Shown here piece by piece: positions 5,672 through 6,028 of a DNA stretch of 6,028 bases. The stretch is from IMG/VR virus record IMGVR_UViG_2778261084_000002; one strand, 5' to 3'. Position 1 is the stretch's first letter, and every line of letters begins with the position of its first letter. The stretch is from a virus (Duplodnaviria > Heunggongvirae > Uroviricota > Caudoviricetes). The notes under the pieces were generated by a model. It was not told where the DNA came from, made no database searches, and worked only from the letters and a program-made list of their open reading frames with translations. The position numbers were made by a program, and so were the translations under genes.

Positions 5672-6028
5672 TCAATCTTTATCGTAAAAACTGCCACGCC
5701 CGGCACGGGCGCGCCGTTCCATTTCTGCCCTGACCATTTCACCGACCAGTTTCGCCAGTTCGCGGGGATTCTGCGTAATAACGTTATGCAGATGAACATG
5801 AATTTCACCACCAAATCCGGAGGCAACAGGCTCCCGGTTACGGGAAGCTGCAGGAACTGATGCCACTGGCGATCGTATGGCCTCTGCCACCGGGCGGGAG
5901 CTGGCCGCAACAACAGGGACCAGCGCCGGAGGCAGCGGAGCCGGAACCACAGGTGTGATATTAATTGCGGGGGCAGGCTTACTGACCTGCGCAATCTTCC
6001 GCTCCTGCCACTCCCCACGAACGGCAAG
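5672..6028 (-). CDS. 3' end of a phage tail gene (possibly tape-measure C-terminus), second copy, truncated by the window edge
   Basis: Mirror of 1..357; the frame is open to the window edge, with one V/I replacement in the last 92 codons. Confidence 0.45.
   Translation of the reverse strand, partial: LAVRGEWQERKIAQVSKPAPAINITPVVPAPLPPALVPVVAASSRPVAEAIRSPVASVPAASRNREPVASGFGGEIHVHLHNVITQNPRELAKLVGEMVRAEMERRARAGRGSFYDKD

Larger units (their letters stand above)
4460..6028. repeat. right arm of a large inverted repeat (partner 1..1574); reaches the window edge
   Basis: See left arm. Identity decays gradually inside the crossover sites over ~30-40 bp (to about 1605 / 4430). Confidence 0.95.

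Noticed and set aside
1-6028. Fold-back or hairpin assembly artefact as the explanation for the palindrome
   Set aside because: The arms differ at dozens of positions with a strong synonymous bias and one indel-bearing patch, which a fold-back chimera of one template would not produce. Cannot be fully excluded without reads, hence listed as a check.
1-6028. IS element or transposon bounded by terminal inverted repeats
   Set aside because: The inverted repeats are 1.5 kb long and encode tail and invertase genes. There is no transposase, and no short terminal inverted repeats or target-site duplications are visible within the window.
1-6028. CRISPR array, tRNA, rRNA
   Set aside because: No regularly spaced short direct repeats and no sequence with tRNA- or rRNA-like features noticed anywhere in the window.

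Overview
This 6,028-bp window is a phage tail-fibre DNA-inversion locus of the Gin/Pin/Cin/Hin (serine invertase) type with an unusual, almost palindromic architecture. Two ~1.57-kb arms (1..~1574 and ~4460..6028) are inverted copies of each other, about 97-98% identical by hand alignment, with differences that are overwhelmingly synonymous. Each arm carries the 3' end of a tail gene (possibly tape-measure), a P2 gpU-like tail gene, a bidirectional hairpin terminator and a complete serine invertase gene transcribed away from the centre. Between the arms lies a ~2.9-kb segment bounded by inverted 26-bp gix-like crossover sites (1541..1566 and 4468..4493). It holds two alternative tail-fibre C-terminal cassettes, each followed by its own tail-fibre assembly (Tfa) gene, arranged convergently (Sv> Tfa> <Tfa' <Sv'). 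No constant N-terminal fibre gene is present on either side. The left crossover site carries a CC->TT change that creates an in-frame TAA, so only the right arm offers an open ATG leader into the segment. No rRNA, tRNA, CRISPR array or transposase was seen. All family assignments rest on reading the translations and on recalled motifs, not on database searches.
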